64,000 bases of DNA from Mustelus asterias (taxonomy: Eukaryota). Shown here one piece after another: positions 10,701 through 23,365 of the stretch (the stretch's first letter is position 1; each line of letters begins with the position of its first letter). Under the pieces are notes generated by a model. It was given only the letters and a program-made list of their open reading frames with translations, searched no databases and had not been told where the DNA came from. The stretch is from positions 50,282,001 to 50,346,000 of the forward strand of contig NC_135808.1 in NCBI RefSeq assembly GCF_964213995.1, given 5' to 3'. The translations under genes were made by a program, and so were the position numbers.

Positions 10701-11204
10701 CTTACCAATCTCATATCATCTGGTTCACCCAGGGCTGGGAACTTGAGTGTGCATTTCTCCAAGTTTAGTTCCTTCAATGTTTTGTTTGCTCTCAGAGCTT
10801 CCCCTCTCTCCTGGCCTGCTTCATCATGTACTCTGCTCCAACACCTCACAACTGGCATCAGGTCTGGTCTGAGTACACAACCAGGTCAACTGTCCAATCA
10901 AACTTCTCCAAGGATCCGTTTCTTCCTTGGACACTGGATTCTCTTTTTGTGAGGATCTGACCCGATTTATTGGATGGGATTAACATTTCCCAAATGATTG
11001 TCGGTTCAATGTCACACCTGACTTCTTTTGCTTCATGTTTTAACCGATGTGTTTAAAAGCTCCTGAAGCCTGGCTTCCAACCTGGAATTCCTTCTTGATT
11101 TCATTGATCATCCATTGATCAAATTCAACAAAACCTCCCCACAGAAAATCACCCACATTGATGATAAAGATTCCTGCTGCTCTCTCCTTGTGACACCAAT
11201 TGAA

Positions 11205-11550
11205 CAATGAACGGCTTAGATAGGATGGACGTAGGGAAGTTGTTTCCATTAACAGGGGAGACTAGGACGCGGGGGCACAGCCTTAGAATAAAAGGGAGTC
11301 ACTTTAGAACAGAGATGAGGAGAAATTTCTTCAGCCAGAGAGTGGTGGGTCTGTGGAATTCATTGCCACAGAGGGCTGTGGAGGCCGAGACGTTGAGCGT
11401 CTTCAAGACAGAAACTGATAAATTCTTGATTTCTCGAGGAATTAAGGGCTATGGGGAGAGAGCGGGTAAATGGAGTTGAAATCAACCATGATTGAATGGT
11501 GGAGTGGACTCGATGGGCCGAATGGCCGTACTTCCGCTCCTATGTCTTAT
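11205..11550 (+). mobile_element. CR1-type LINE 3' end
   Basis: 'TRTRGHSLRIKG..FRTEMRRNFFSQRVVGLWNSLP' followed by a CR1-like 3' UTR. Confidence 0.85.
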
Positions 11551-11624
11551 GGTCTAACATCGCAGAGTCTGCTTTTATCTGGAAACAACCCATTTTCAAC
11601 AGGGCCAACCTCAGAGAGAAATAC

Positions 11625-12445
11625 CAAGAACAAAGAAAATTACATCACAGGACCAGGCCCTTCGGCCCTCCAAGCCTGCACCGACCATGCCGCCCGACTT
11701 AACTAAAACCCCTCCCCTTCCAGGGACCATATCCCTCTATTCCCATCCTATTCATGTACTTGTCAAGACGCCCCTTAAAAGTCACTACCATATCCGCTTC
11801 CACTCCCTCCCCCGGCAACGAGTTCCAGGCACCCACTACTCTCTGTGTAATAAATCTGCCTTGTACATCTCCTTTAAACCTTGCCCCTCGCACTTTAAGC
11901 CTATGCCCCCGAGTATTTTACTCTTTTACCCTGGGAAAAACCTTCTGAATATCAACTCTGTCCATGCCTCTCATAATCTTGTAGACTTCTATCAGGTCTC
12001 CCCTCAACCTCCGTCGCTCCACTGAGAACAAACCAAGTTTCTCCAACCTCTCCTCATAGCTAATGCCCTTCATACCAGGCAACATCCTGGTAAATCTTTT
12101 CTGTACCCTCTCCAAAGCCTCCACATCCTTCTGGTAGTGTGGCAACCAGAATTAAACATGAAATTCCAAGTGCGACCTCACTAAGGTTCTATAAAGCTGC
12201 AACATGACTTGCCAATTTTTAAACTCAATGCCCCAGCCGATGAAGGCCAGCATGCCGTATGCCTTCTTGATTACCTTCTCCACCTGCATTGCCACTTTCA
12301 GTGACCTGTGTACCTGTACACCCAGATCCCTTTGCCTATCAATACTCTTCAGGGTTCTGCCATTTACTGTATATTTCCTATCTGTATTGGACCTTCCAAA
12401 ATGCATTACCTCACATTTGTCCGGATTAAACTCCAACTGCCATTT
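11625..12445 (-). mobile_element. CR1-type LINE 3' fragment
   Basis: 'FNPDKCEVMHFG...PHYQKDVEALERVQKRFTRMLPG' and an (AAGAACA)-type tail. Confidence 0.88.
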
Positions 12446-12644
12446 CATATTCATAATGCGGACAACACAAAGGTTGGTGGATTTGCGGATAGTTCATAAT
12501 CCCCTATTCATAATACATCATTCAATCCATAAACACCTGTTTAATTTCACAATTTTCTTTCTAGTTCACAGGCTTCTTTAGATGCTTCAAAATATTTCCC
12601 TTTGAAATTTCTCACCCCACAAAAATGCCACATTTATATCTTAG

Positions 12645-12990
12645 AATCCCTACAGTGCAGAAAGAGGCCATTCAGCCCATTGAGTCTGCACTGACTCTCC
12701 GAAAGAGCATCTTATCCAGGCCCACCCCTCTAACCCTATCCCCATAACCCCATACATTTACTATGGCTAATCGACCAAACCTGCACATCTTTGGACACCA
12801 AGGGCAATTTAGCATGACCAATCCACCAAACCTGCATATTTTCGGACTGTGGGAGGAAACCAGAGCATCCGGGGGAAATCCACGCAGACATGGGAAGAAC
12901 GTGCAAACTTCGCACAGAGGGTGACCCAAGACCGGAATGGAACCCAGGTCCCTGGCGCTGTGAGGCACCAGTGCAAACCAATGTCCCACA
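12645..12990 (-). mobile_element. HE1/V-SINE-like SINE
   Basis: V-domain core and tRNA-like head on the minus strand. Confidence 0.8.
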
Positions 12991-13744
12991 GTCCCATATC
13001 AATCTGCACTTCCAGGAGTATGTCACTAAAGTGGCGAAAAATATCTTCAAGCTTACTTTCCCGACAGGTGGGGATTCCACCCTGAGAACTTGTTCCCCAA
13101 GTCTCTCCTCAAATTCCCGAGTTCCCAGTCTAGCTTTAGCCTTTCAAGTGCTGTTAGGGAGAGATGTTTCTGTACATATCCACTGTGAGTCAAGTCTGAC
13201 TGTCTCCTATCTGATATTTTAGTGGAAACTTCAAATTTTCTCCAACTCTTTTTGTTTTGCTTCTTTTATCAACTTATCTTTCAATTGATTAGCGTCTATT
13301 GATACCTTTCCACACGGAAGGCTTCTGCTTCTAGTGACAATCTACCTTGTCCCACAGTTCCTTTTCTTATCATGCTCTGACCTCTACTCTTCCCCTCTCT
13401 CTATCTGGCACATATAGGCAATTCTGTGGATGCGAAAGAGACTCCAGGATGGTATGTTGCCTCCCTGGTGCCAGGGTCCAGGATATCTTTGAATGGGCAG
13501 GGAGCATTCTGAAGGAGGAGGCTGAACAACCAGAGGTCGTGGTACATATTGTAACTGACGACATAGGTAGTGACATAGTCACTATGACTATGGGTCAAAT
13601 CATCTTTCCCACATGTGATCAGATTCCTGATTCCAAGTTCATGATCTTTTCCTGGGATCACGACCTCTTTCTGTTTCAGAACTTACAGTGAGCTTCCTGG
13701 TCTTTCCCATCCTGGCCTTATTTCCCAATCCACTGCCCGGATTT

Positions 13745-14160
13745 AGAACAAAGAACAAAAGAAAATTACAGCACAGGAACAGACTCTTCGGCCCTCCAAG
13801 CCTGCACCGACCATGCTGCCGTCTGAACTAAAACCCCCTCCCCTTCTTGGGACCATATCCCTCTATTCACATTCTATTCATGTATTTGTCAAGACCCTTA
13901 AAAGTCACTATCGTATCTGCTTCCACTCCATCCCCCAGTAGCGATTTCCAGGCACCCACCACCCTCTGTTTAAAAAAGTTGCCTCGTACATCTCCTTTAA
14001 ACCTTGCACCTTGCACCTTAAACCTATGCCCCCGAGTAATTGACACTTCCACCCTGGGAAAAAGCTTCTGACTAATCATTCTGGCCATGCCCCTCACAAT
14101 CTTGTAGACGTCTATCAGGTCGCCCTCAACCTCTGTCGTTCCAATGAGAACAAACCACGG
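13745..14160 (-). mobile_element. CR1-type LINE 3' end
   Basis: 'RGHRFKVQGARFKGDVRGNFFKQRVVGAWKSL' with tail at ~13745. Confidence 0.85.
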
Positions 14161-14169
14161 TTCTCCAAT

Positions 14170-16990
14170 CCAAGCTCTAAGTTCATCTGCCTTACCCATT
14201 ACACTTCTCGCATTGAAACAAATGCTCTTCAGTTCACCAGACCCTCTTTGATCAGCAACCCCACCTTGCCTCCTCTTTCACTGAGTCTTACTGGCCCGAC
14301 TCTCTCATTCCCCTTCGGTCAATTCACCTTTGTTTTAGTAGCACCCACCCCCCCCCACCCCCCCTCCCCCGCCCACCCCCCCTCCCGCGTGGCACTCGCA
14401 AACCTACCGGCCAGAATATTTACACCCCTCCAGTTTAGACGCAACCCGTCCTTCTTTTACTGGTCCCACCTGTCCTGGAAGAGATCCCAATGGTCCAGAT
14501 ATCTGAAACTCTCCCTCCTACACCAGCTGTTCAGCTGCGTGGAGCCTGAAGAGATAGGAGAGGCGCTAAATGAATATTTTTCATCAGTATTCACGCAGGA
14601 AAAAGACAATGTTGTCGAGGAGAATACTGAGATACAGGCTGTTGGACTGGACGGGATTGAGGTTAATAAGGAGGAGGTGTTAGCAATTCTGGAAAGTGTG
14701 AAAATAGATAAGTCCCCTGCGCCGGATGGGATTTATCCCAGGATTCTCTGGGAGGCTCGGGAGGAGATTGCAGAGCCTTTGGCTTTGATCTTTATGTCGT
14801 CATTGTCAACAGGAATAGTGCCAGAAGACTGGAGGATAGCAAATGTTTTCCCCTTGTTCAAGAAGGGGAGTAGAGACAAACCTGGTAATTATAGATAAGT
14901 GCCTTACTTCTGTTGTGGGCAAAGTTTTGGAAAGGATTATAAGAGATAGGATTTATAATTATCTAGAAAGGAATAATTTGATTAGGGATAGTCAGCACGG
15001 TTTTGTGAAGGATAGGTCGTGCCTCACAAACCTTGTTGAGTTCTTTGAGAAGGTGACCAAAGAGGTGGATGAGGGTAAAGCAGTTGATGTGGTGTATATG
15101 GATTTCAGTAAAGCATTTGATAAGGTTCCCCACGGTAAGCTATTGCAGAAGATACGGAGGCATGGGATTGAGGGTGATTTAGCGGTTTGGATCAGGAATT
15201 GGCTAGCTGTAAGAAGACGGAGGGTGGTGGTTGATGGAAAATGTTCATCCTGGAGTTCAGTTACTAGTGGTGTACCGCAAGGATCTGTTTTGGGGCCACT
15301 GCTGTTTGTCATTTTTATAAATGACCTGGATGAGGGATGGGTTAGTAAATTTGTGGACGACACTAAAGTTGGTGGAGTTGTGGACAGTGCGGAAGGTTGT
15401 TGCAGGTTACAGAGGGACATAGATAAGCTGCAGTGCTGTGCTGAGAGGTGGCAAATGGAGTTCAATGCGGAAAAGTGTGAGGTGATTCACTTTGAAAGGA
15501 GTAACAGGATTACAGAGTACTGGGCTAATGGTAAGATACTTGGTAGTGTGGATGAACAGAGAGATCTGGGTGTCCATGTGCATAGATCCCTGAAAGTTGG
15601 CACGCAGGTTGATAGGGTTGTTAAGAAGGCGTACGGAGTGTTAGCTTTTATTGGTAGAGGGATTGAGTTTCAGAGCCAGGAGGTCATGTTGCAGTTGTAC
15701 AAAACTCTAGTGCGGCCGCACTTGGAGTATTGCGTACAGTTCTGGTCACCGCATTATAGGAAGGATGTGGAAGCATTGGAAAGGATGCAGAGGAGATTTA
15801 CGAGGATGTTGCCTGGTATGGTGGGAAGGTCTTATGAGGAAAGGCTGAAGGACTAGAGGTTGTTCTCGTTAGAGAGAAGAAGGTTAAGAGGTGACTTAAT
15901 AGAGGCATACAAGATGATCAGAGGATTAGATAGGGTGGATAGTGAGAGCCTTTTTCCTCGGATGGTGATGGCTAGCATGAGGGGACATAGCTTTAAATTG
16001 AGGGGTGATAGATATAGGACAGATGTCAGAGGTAGGTTCTTTACTCAGAGAGTAGTAAGGGCATGGAATGCCCTGCCTGCAGCAGTAGTGGACTTGCCAA
16101 CATTAAGGGCATTTAAATGGTCATTGGATAAACATATGGATGATATTGGAATAGTGTAGGTTAGATGGGCTTTAGATTGGTTTCATTGGTCGGCGCAACA
16201 TCGAGGGCCGAAGGGCCTGTACTGCGCTGTAATGTTCTATGTGCTATGTTCTACGTGTTGAGCTGTACTATCTTCCTATTTCTAGCTTCACTGGCACATG
16301 GCACAGGGAGTAATCCTGAGATTACAACCCTCGGGACCCTGCTTTTTAACTTTCTACCTAACTCCCTAAACTGCTGCTGCAGGACCTCATCACTCTTTCT
16401 ACTTATGTCGTTAGTACCAATATGTACCATGACCTCTGGTTGTTCAGCCTCTCCCTTCAGAATGCTCTCTGCCCGTTCAAAGATATCCTGACCCTGGCAC
16501 CAGGGAGGCAACATACCATCCTGGAGTCTCTTTTACGTCCACAGAATTGCCTATCCGTACCCCTAACTATAGCGTCCCCGATAACTATTGCTCTCGTGCT
16601 CTTTATCCCTCCCTGCTTAGCAACAGAGCCAGCCATGGTGCCACTGCTCTGGCTGCTGCTGCTGTTATCCCTGATAGGCCATCCCCCCAACAATGTCCAA
16701 AATGGTAGACTTGTTAGAGAGGGGATCGACCACAGGGAATTCCTGCACTGAATGCCTGCCCCTTCTAGCGGTCACCCATCTATCTGCCTGCACCTTGGGT
16801 GTCACCACATCATTAAAACTCCTGCCTATGATGCTTTCCGCCATCTTCATGCTCCTAAGTGCATCCAACTGCTGCTCCAACCTATCCATGTGGTCTGTGA
16901 GGAGCTGCAATTGGGTGCACTTCCTGCAGATGTAGTCATCCGAGACGCTGGAAGCCTCTCGGATCTCCCACATCTCCCAAGTGCCAGCAT
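14170..16990 (-). mobile_element. CR1 ORF1 (zinc-finger + SGNH-esterase-like) fragment, split by a younger CR1
   Basis: 'DDYICRKCTQLQLL', 'RAIVIGDAIVRGTDRQFCG...MVCCLPGARV' and 'VHIGTNDI'. The sequence resumes across the 14542-16253 insertion. Confidence 0.8.
14542..16253 (+). mobile_element. 5'-truncated CR1-type LINE (RT domain) nested in CR1 ORF1
   Basis: 'YMDFSKAFDKVPH', 'GVPQGSVLGPLLF', 'FVDDTK'; (TTCTATG) tail; CGTG at both ends (14538-41, 16254-57). Confidence 0.92.
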
Positions 16991-17518
16991 TTGACCGACA
17001 TTTCTATCACCAATTAAATTATTGAAGAAAATTTATTCAACTCTGACCTTCACTTCTCACATGAGGTTGGTCTTCATATCACTTACTTTCCCAGGATACT
17101 CTCTGGATTTCTCCCTGCAGAATAAGAGTTACGAAGCAAGAAGAAAGAAAACAAAACAAAAAGGGAAAACAGCATCTCCTCCCACTCTGCACTGAATTAC
17201 CGCACTGTTCCAAATGGCCAAGTTTCAATCCCACTCTGGCTGCCTCAGTCACGCTGTCTCCCATTTCAAGTGCGCAAAGCTCAGATTTCCGGACCTTCCC
17301 TTTTTAATTCATTTTTACAGGATGTGGGGATCGCTGGCTTGGCCAACATTTATTACCCATCCCTATTTGCCCGTGAGCTGCCTTCTTGAACCGCTGCAGT
17401 CCATGAGTTGTAGGTATATCCGCAATGCTGTTAGGGAGGGAGTTTGAGGATTTTGACCCAGTGACAGTGAAGAAACGGCGATATATTTCCAAGTCAGGAT
17501 GGTGAATGAGTTGGTTGG

Positions 17519-17846
17519 TGTGGTGAACCATCTTTGGTTCCCACTAGATAGTACTGAGCCAGGGTCTGGCCAGTACTACAAGTATGTATATATGTTGCTG
17601 TTGGGGTTAGGGATGGGTTGTTCTACTTGTTGCTGTTGGAGTTAGGGTTGGGCTGTTACACCTTGTATTATAGTTATTGTGGTACATCCCAGTCGGGCTC
17701 CGCCTCCTGGGAGAGGTATAAAGGTCTCTGCTCTGTCTGGGACCCCTCAGTCTGGGATCGTGTATATAATTAGTAGCTGCCTTGTTACAGCAAATAAAAG
17801 CCTTTATTTCCTGAGCATCAAGCCTCGTGTGTGTTAACGCGCATCA
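17519..17846 (+). repeat. 5' LTR of the Gypsy element
   Basis: TG...CA, TATA-like motifs, AATAAA at 17793-17798. Confidence 0.93.
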
Positions 17847-17894
17847 ATTTTATTTGCTGTAAATAAACTCTCGTCGAAGAAAAAAAAAGAGAGT

Positions 17895-20800
17895 ATGGAG
17901 CAGATACTGAAGCCTGAACGCCTTACACTAGATCCACGTGCGGTGGGCGCCTCTAACACCTTCGACCACTGTTTGAAATGTTTTGAGGACTACCTGGCAG
18001 CCTCCGCAGCGGTCACCACAGATGATGACAGACTCCGGGTCCTCCATGCGAGGGTAAGCGACACCGTCTACCTCGCGATCCGTGCGGCCACCGACTACAC
18101 AAAGGCCCTCGAGCTTCTTAAGAAGCATTATATTAAACCGTCCAACGAAATACACGCTCGTTACCTCTTCGCCACTCGACGACGGTAGTCTGGCGAAACG
18201 ATGGAGGAATACGCGAACGAGCTCCTACAGCTAGCCAGGGTCTGTAACTGCAAAGCAGTGTCGGCAGAGCAGAATATGAACGACCTCGCTCGAGATGCGT
18301 TTGTGGCGGGAGTCGGATCATCGTACATCCGACTCAAACTACTGGAGAAAGGTAACCTTGACCTTACCCAGGCAATCGAGCTAGCGGAGATGCTGGAGAC
18401 GGCCTCCAAAAGCCTAGTACTGTATCCTGAAGACCACGTGGAGACAACGTGGCAGGAGCAGTCGCCAATCCCTCCTCGTCCCTCGGGTTCGAAATGCTGC
18501 GTAATGGCGTGCTCACACTCGGGCCAGACGACGGCAGCAGCTCCGGGCGGCCCGCGGTGTTACTTCTGTGGGGGAGCGAAGCATACTCGGCAACGGTGTC
18601 CCGCTAAAGTTGTGTTGTGCTCCGCCTGCGGTAAGAAGGGGCACTATTCGAAAGCGTGCCGATCTAAATCTGCTTCTCGGAACAGCAGTGCGGCCTGCGA
18701 TTCCTCAGAGCCCGGTTCTTCGTCGTCGACATCGTCGAGGGTTTCGTCCACGTGCGAGGCCAGGACGACGCCATTACAGTCGACGGAGTCGGAGATGTGT
18801 GACCACCAGGGGTCGCTGAGTTTGGCGCCATCACCCACGTGTGACCTATGGGAGCGGCCATGTTGGTCGGCACCGACCGCGAACGACCAGCAGGGGTCAT
18901 CCTCGTCGATTTCAGCTGCCTGCAGTGGCGCTCATGAACCAACGGTGGCGTTGATCATCCTGGACCAGGCCAAGCCTCATAGACTTGACAAATCTATGAT
19001 GGACATTCAGGTAAACGACCACTTGATTTATTGTCTGTTTGACAGCGGGAGCACTGAGAGTTTTATCCACCCAGACGCTGTGAAGCGGTGTGGACTCCGG
19101 ATTCAACCTGTCAAACAGACAATTTCTATGGCATCAAGGTCCCGGTCTGTCACCGTGCTAGGGAGTTGCGTGGTAACTTTAACGGTGCAAGGCACAGTTT
19201 ACGAGCGTTTCAAGCTCCTGGTGTTGCCGCACCTTTGCGCGCCAATACTTCTCGGACTAAACTTCATGGTCCACCTGAGGAGTGTAACCCTACAGTACGG
19301 TGGGTCACTCCCTTCGCTTTCAGTGGGAGAACAGCAGCCTCCAAAGTGCCCTGTAGCCTCTCGACGCTGAAGATTACCACACCCTCCCTGTTCCAGAATC
19401 TGGTGCCAGGCTGCAAGCCCATTGCGACTAAGAGTAGGTGTTACAGCGCTGAGGATCGGATCTTCATTCGATCTGAAGTTCAGCGGCTCCTCAAGGAAAG
19501 GATCATACAACCTAGCGCTAGTCCGTGGAGAGCGCAGGTCGTGGTGGTCAAGAGTGGGAACAAACCCCGGATGGTCATTGACTATAGTCAGACCATTAAT
19601 AGATACACGCAGCTGGATGCGTATCCCCTCCCGCGCATATCTGACATGGTCAATCAGATTGCGCAGTACCGGGTGTTCTCCACCATAGACCTCAAGTCTG
19701 CCTGCCACCAACTCCCCATTCGCCCAGAGGACCGACAATACACGGCTTTTGAGGCGGATGGTCGCTTGTATCACTTTCTCAGGGTTCCCATTGGTGTCAC
19801 CAATGGGGTCTCGGTCTTCCAGCGTGCTATGGACCGAATGGTGGACCAGAACGGGCTGCGGGCTACCTTCCCGTACCTGGATAACGTCACCATCTGCGGC
19901 TATGACCAGCAGGACCACGGCACAAATCTCCTGAATTTCCTATGCACTGCATCTCGCCTGAATCTGACCTACAACAGGGAGAAGTGTGTGTTTCGTACGC
20001 GCCGTTTAGCCATCCTCGGATACGTAGTGGAAAACGGGGTCATTGGCCCTGATCCAGACCGTATGCGCCCCCTCTCTGAACTTCCCCTGCCCACTAGTGC
20101 AAAAGCACTGAGAAGTTGCTTAGGCTTCTTCTCTTATTATGCACAGTGAGTTCCCAATTACGCGGACATAGCCTGTCCGCTCATCAAGTCCACTTCTTTT
20201 CCCCTAACACCAGAGGCCCGATTGGCCTTTGATAAATTAAAAGCCGACATCGCGAAAGCTACGATGCACGCTGTTGATGAGTCCATCCCCTTTCAGGTGG
20301 AGAGCAATGCATCTGATTTCGCCCTGGCCGCCACACTTAACCAGGCGGGCAGGCCCGTCGCCTTTTTTTCCCGCACCCTCCAAGGCCCCGAAATTCGGCA
20401 CTCCGCGGTGGAAAAGGAGGCCCAGGCCATTGTGGAGGCCGTTAGGCACTGGCGCCATTACTTGGCGGGAAAACGGTTCACCCTGATCACGGACCAGCGG
20501 TCCGTGGCGTTCATGTTTAATAACACGCTGAGGGGCAAGATCAGGAACGACAAGATCTTGCGGTGGAGAATTGAACTCTCCACCTATATCTATGACATCA
20601 TGTATCGTCCAGGGAAACTCAATGAGCCCTTGGATGCCCTCTCACGTGGAACATGCGCCAGTATACAGGAGGATCGTTTGCAGGCTCTCCATAATGACCT
20701 ATGCCATCCTGGGGTCACTCGGCTCTACCACTTTATAAAAGGCCGCAATCTGCCCTACTCGGTGGAGGACATCAGGTCCGTAACAAGAAGCTGTCGGGTT

Positions 20801-21867
20801 TGCGCGGAATGCAAACCGCACTTTTACCGACCTGACCGGGCACAATTAGTCAAGGCCACTCGTCCCTTCGAGAGACTGAGTGTCGATTTTAAGGGCCCTC
20901 AACAGATCGAAATGTGTACTTCCTCAACATCATTGATGAGTACTCGAGGTTCCCTTTTGTTGTTCCCTGCTCTGATACATCCGCTGCCACGGTTATCAAG
21001 GCATTCCGTGATCTTTTTACCCTGTTCGGGTACCCCAGCTACATTCACAGCGACAGGGGCTCGTCGTTCATGAGCGATGACTTGAGGCAATACCTGCTCT
21101 CATACGGGATTGCCTCTAGTAGAACCACGAGCTACAACCCTAGGGGTAACGGACAGGTGGAACGGGAGAATGCTACAGTCTGGAAGGCTGTCTTACTGGC
21201 GTTGAAGTCAAAAAGCCTTCCAGTCTCCCGTTGGCAAGAGGTGCTCCCTGATGCGCTCCATTCCATACGCTCACTCCTGTGTACGGCAACCAATGCTACT
21301 CCCCATGAGAGGATGTTTTCATTCCCTCGGAAGTCTTCCTCTGGGACCTCATTACCGTCTTGGTTGACGTACTCAGGACCTGTCCTCCTGCGGCGACATG
21401 TAAGGGCCCGCAAGTCCGACCCTTTGGTCGAACAGGTCCATCTCCTCCACGCCAACCCTCAGTATGCCTATGTGGCATACCCTGACGGGCGAGAGGACAC
21501 GGTCTCGATCCGAGACCTGGCGCCAGCAGGGGACGTGGAAACCCCTGTCGCTCCCATACCCCCTGTTACAACCCCCATAACTCTTGTTTCCCCACCGGAC
21601 ACGGCGCGGGCAGCATCGGGACCATTACTTAACCCTTTTACTCCCGTGTACAGCTTGCCTGAGTCCAGAGGACGGTCGCCACTTCAGGGCGTGTCGGAAC
21701 TCCATGGATTACCATCAACTCAGGGTCAACCGGCCCGTGAGTCTGTGGAGGAACAGTTGGACGTCGCCTTGAGGAGAACGCCACTGCAAGTGCCTACTCC
21801 GGTGTCATCGCCGGTATTGAGGAGGTCGCAACAACGGTGCGGTCCCCCTGACCGTCTGAACTTATAG
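17895..21867 (+). pseudogene. gag-pol: Gypsy gag-pol (disrupted by stops at 18186 and 20147 and by frameshifts)
   Basis: Gag with CYFCGGAKH..C and CSACGKKGH...C; protease LFDSGS; RT 'PRMVIDY...YLDN'; RNase H 'NASDFALAATL'; integrase HHCC and 'IHSDRG...NGQVER'. Confidence 0.92.
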
Positions 21868-21931
21868 ACTGATGACAAATTATTCTGTTTTTTTGTACCC
21901 CGCCGGCCTTTGTCTTCAAAGGAGGGGTGAA

Positions 21932-22259
21932 TGTGGTGAACCATCATTGGTTCCCACTAGATAGTACTGAGCCAGGGTCTGGCCAGTACTACAAGTATGT
22001 ATATATGTTGCTGTTGGGGTTAGGGATGGGTTGTTCTACTTGTTGCTGTAGGGGTTAGGGTTGGGCTGTTACACCTTGCATTATAGTTATTGTGGTACAT
22101 CCCAGTCGGGCTCCGCCTCCTGGGAGAGGTATAAAGGTCTCTGCTCTGTCTGGGACCCCTCAGTCTGGGATCGTGTATATAATTAGTAGCTGCCTTGTTA
22201 CAGCAAATAAAAGCCTTTATTTCCTGAGCATCAAGCCTCGTGTGTGATAACGCGCATCA
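21932..22259 (+). repeat. 3' LTR of the Gypsy element
   Basis: Direct repeat of 17519-17846, preceded by the PPT. Confidence 0.93.
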
Positions 22260-22669
22260 GTGGGGAATCTCCAGGTGATGGTGTCCCAGGTGTCTGCTGC
22301 CCTTGTCCTTCTAGGTGGTAGTGCTTGTGTGTTTGGAAGGTGCTGTTGAAGGAGACTTGGTGAGTTCCTGCAGTGTATCTTGTAGATGGTACACACGGCT
22401 GTCACTGTTCATTGGTGGTGGAGGGTTTGTGGAAGGGGTAACAATCAAGCAGGCTGCTTTGTCCTGATGGTGTCTAGTTTCTTGAATGTTGTTGGAGCTG
22501 CATTCATCCAGGCAAGTGGAGAGTATTCCATCACACTTGTGTCTTGTAGATGGTGGACAGGCCTTGGGGGTCAGGAGGTGAGCGTCTCACTGCAGGATTC
22601 CTAGTCTCTGACCTGTTCTTGTAGCCACGGTTTTCCTATGGCTCACCCAGTTCAGTATCTGGTCAATGA

Positions 22670-23345
22670 TGAAGTCGGGAATGGGTTAATGAACTTCAAT
22701 ACTCGAAGTGTCACAGTGACCTCTGTGATATTTAGAGCTTGTGTGAGAAATACTGTAGAACTCATGTTTACGTTAGGGCTTCCATGCTCATGTTTCCAGA
22801 ACAGATAAGAGCACAGCTGTTGTATGTTTTTCTGTTCAAGAATGTGGCTAATCCGCCATTTTGTATTCTTTAATTATGTATTGCTGTGTAACAATGGACG
22901 CCTATATCTCTGCCTTTTGTGACGTATTATGATACCTTCATATATATTCATCATAACCTGTACCGATATACATTATACAAGTACCTACGAACGTATATAA
23001 ATTGTTGTATGCCAATTAACTTGTTTGTGCGAAGACTGTAACTTTGTACATTAGTAAGATACCCCACCTGTGCTCACAGAGAACAACAACACTCACGGCC
23101 TTGGGATAACCGTGAAGAAAACACCAAGGCAGCAAGGTTCACACAGGAAGATGTGCAACCGCCTGGGAACCTGTGAGCCTGGGAAACTGCGGACTTGCAA
23201 GGTGGGGCATAAATGTATGTGTTTAGCCTGTATTTGCTGAGACATCTGAGGCCATGTTAGGCATCGGACGGTCTCCCACAATTGTGCAAATAAACCAATG
23301 TATTTTGACCTACGAATAGACTCAGAGGTATCTTTACCTGCGACG
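22670..23345 (+). repeat. Probable 5' LTR of an endogenous retrovirus
   Basis: Begins with TG where the host LINE sequence stops; TATA-like at ~22994; AATAAA 23289-23294; ends just before the PBS. No second copy is visible in the window. Confidence 0.6.
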
Positions 23346-23347
23346 AA

Positions 23348-23365
23348 TGGTGCCGAAACCCGGGA
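23348..23365 (+). promoter_or_regulatory. ERV primer-binding site, tRNA-Phe
   Basis: TGGTGCCGAAACCCGGGA is complementary to the 3' 18 nt of vertebrate tRNA-Phe. Confidence 0.9.

Larger units (their letters stand above)
17519..22259 (+). mobile_element. Near full-length Ty3/Gypsy LTR retrotransposon
   Basis: 328-bp LTRs TG...CA at 17519-17846 and 21932-22259 (about 5 differences by eye); PPT AAAGGAGGGGTGAA 21918-21931; gag-PR-RT-RH-IN order; imperfect TSD (TTGG/GTGG); inserted in a LINE fragment that resumes at 22260. Confidence 0.95.
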
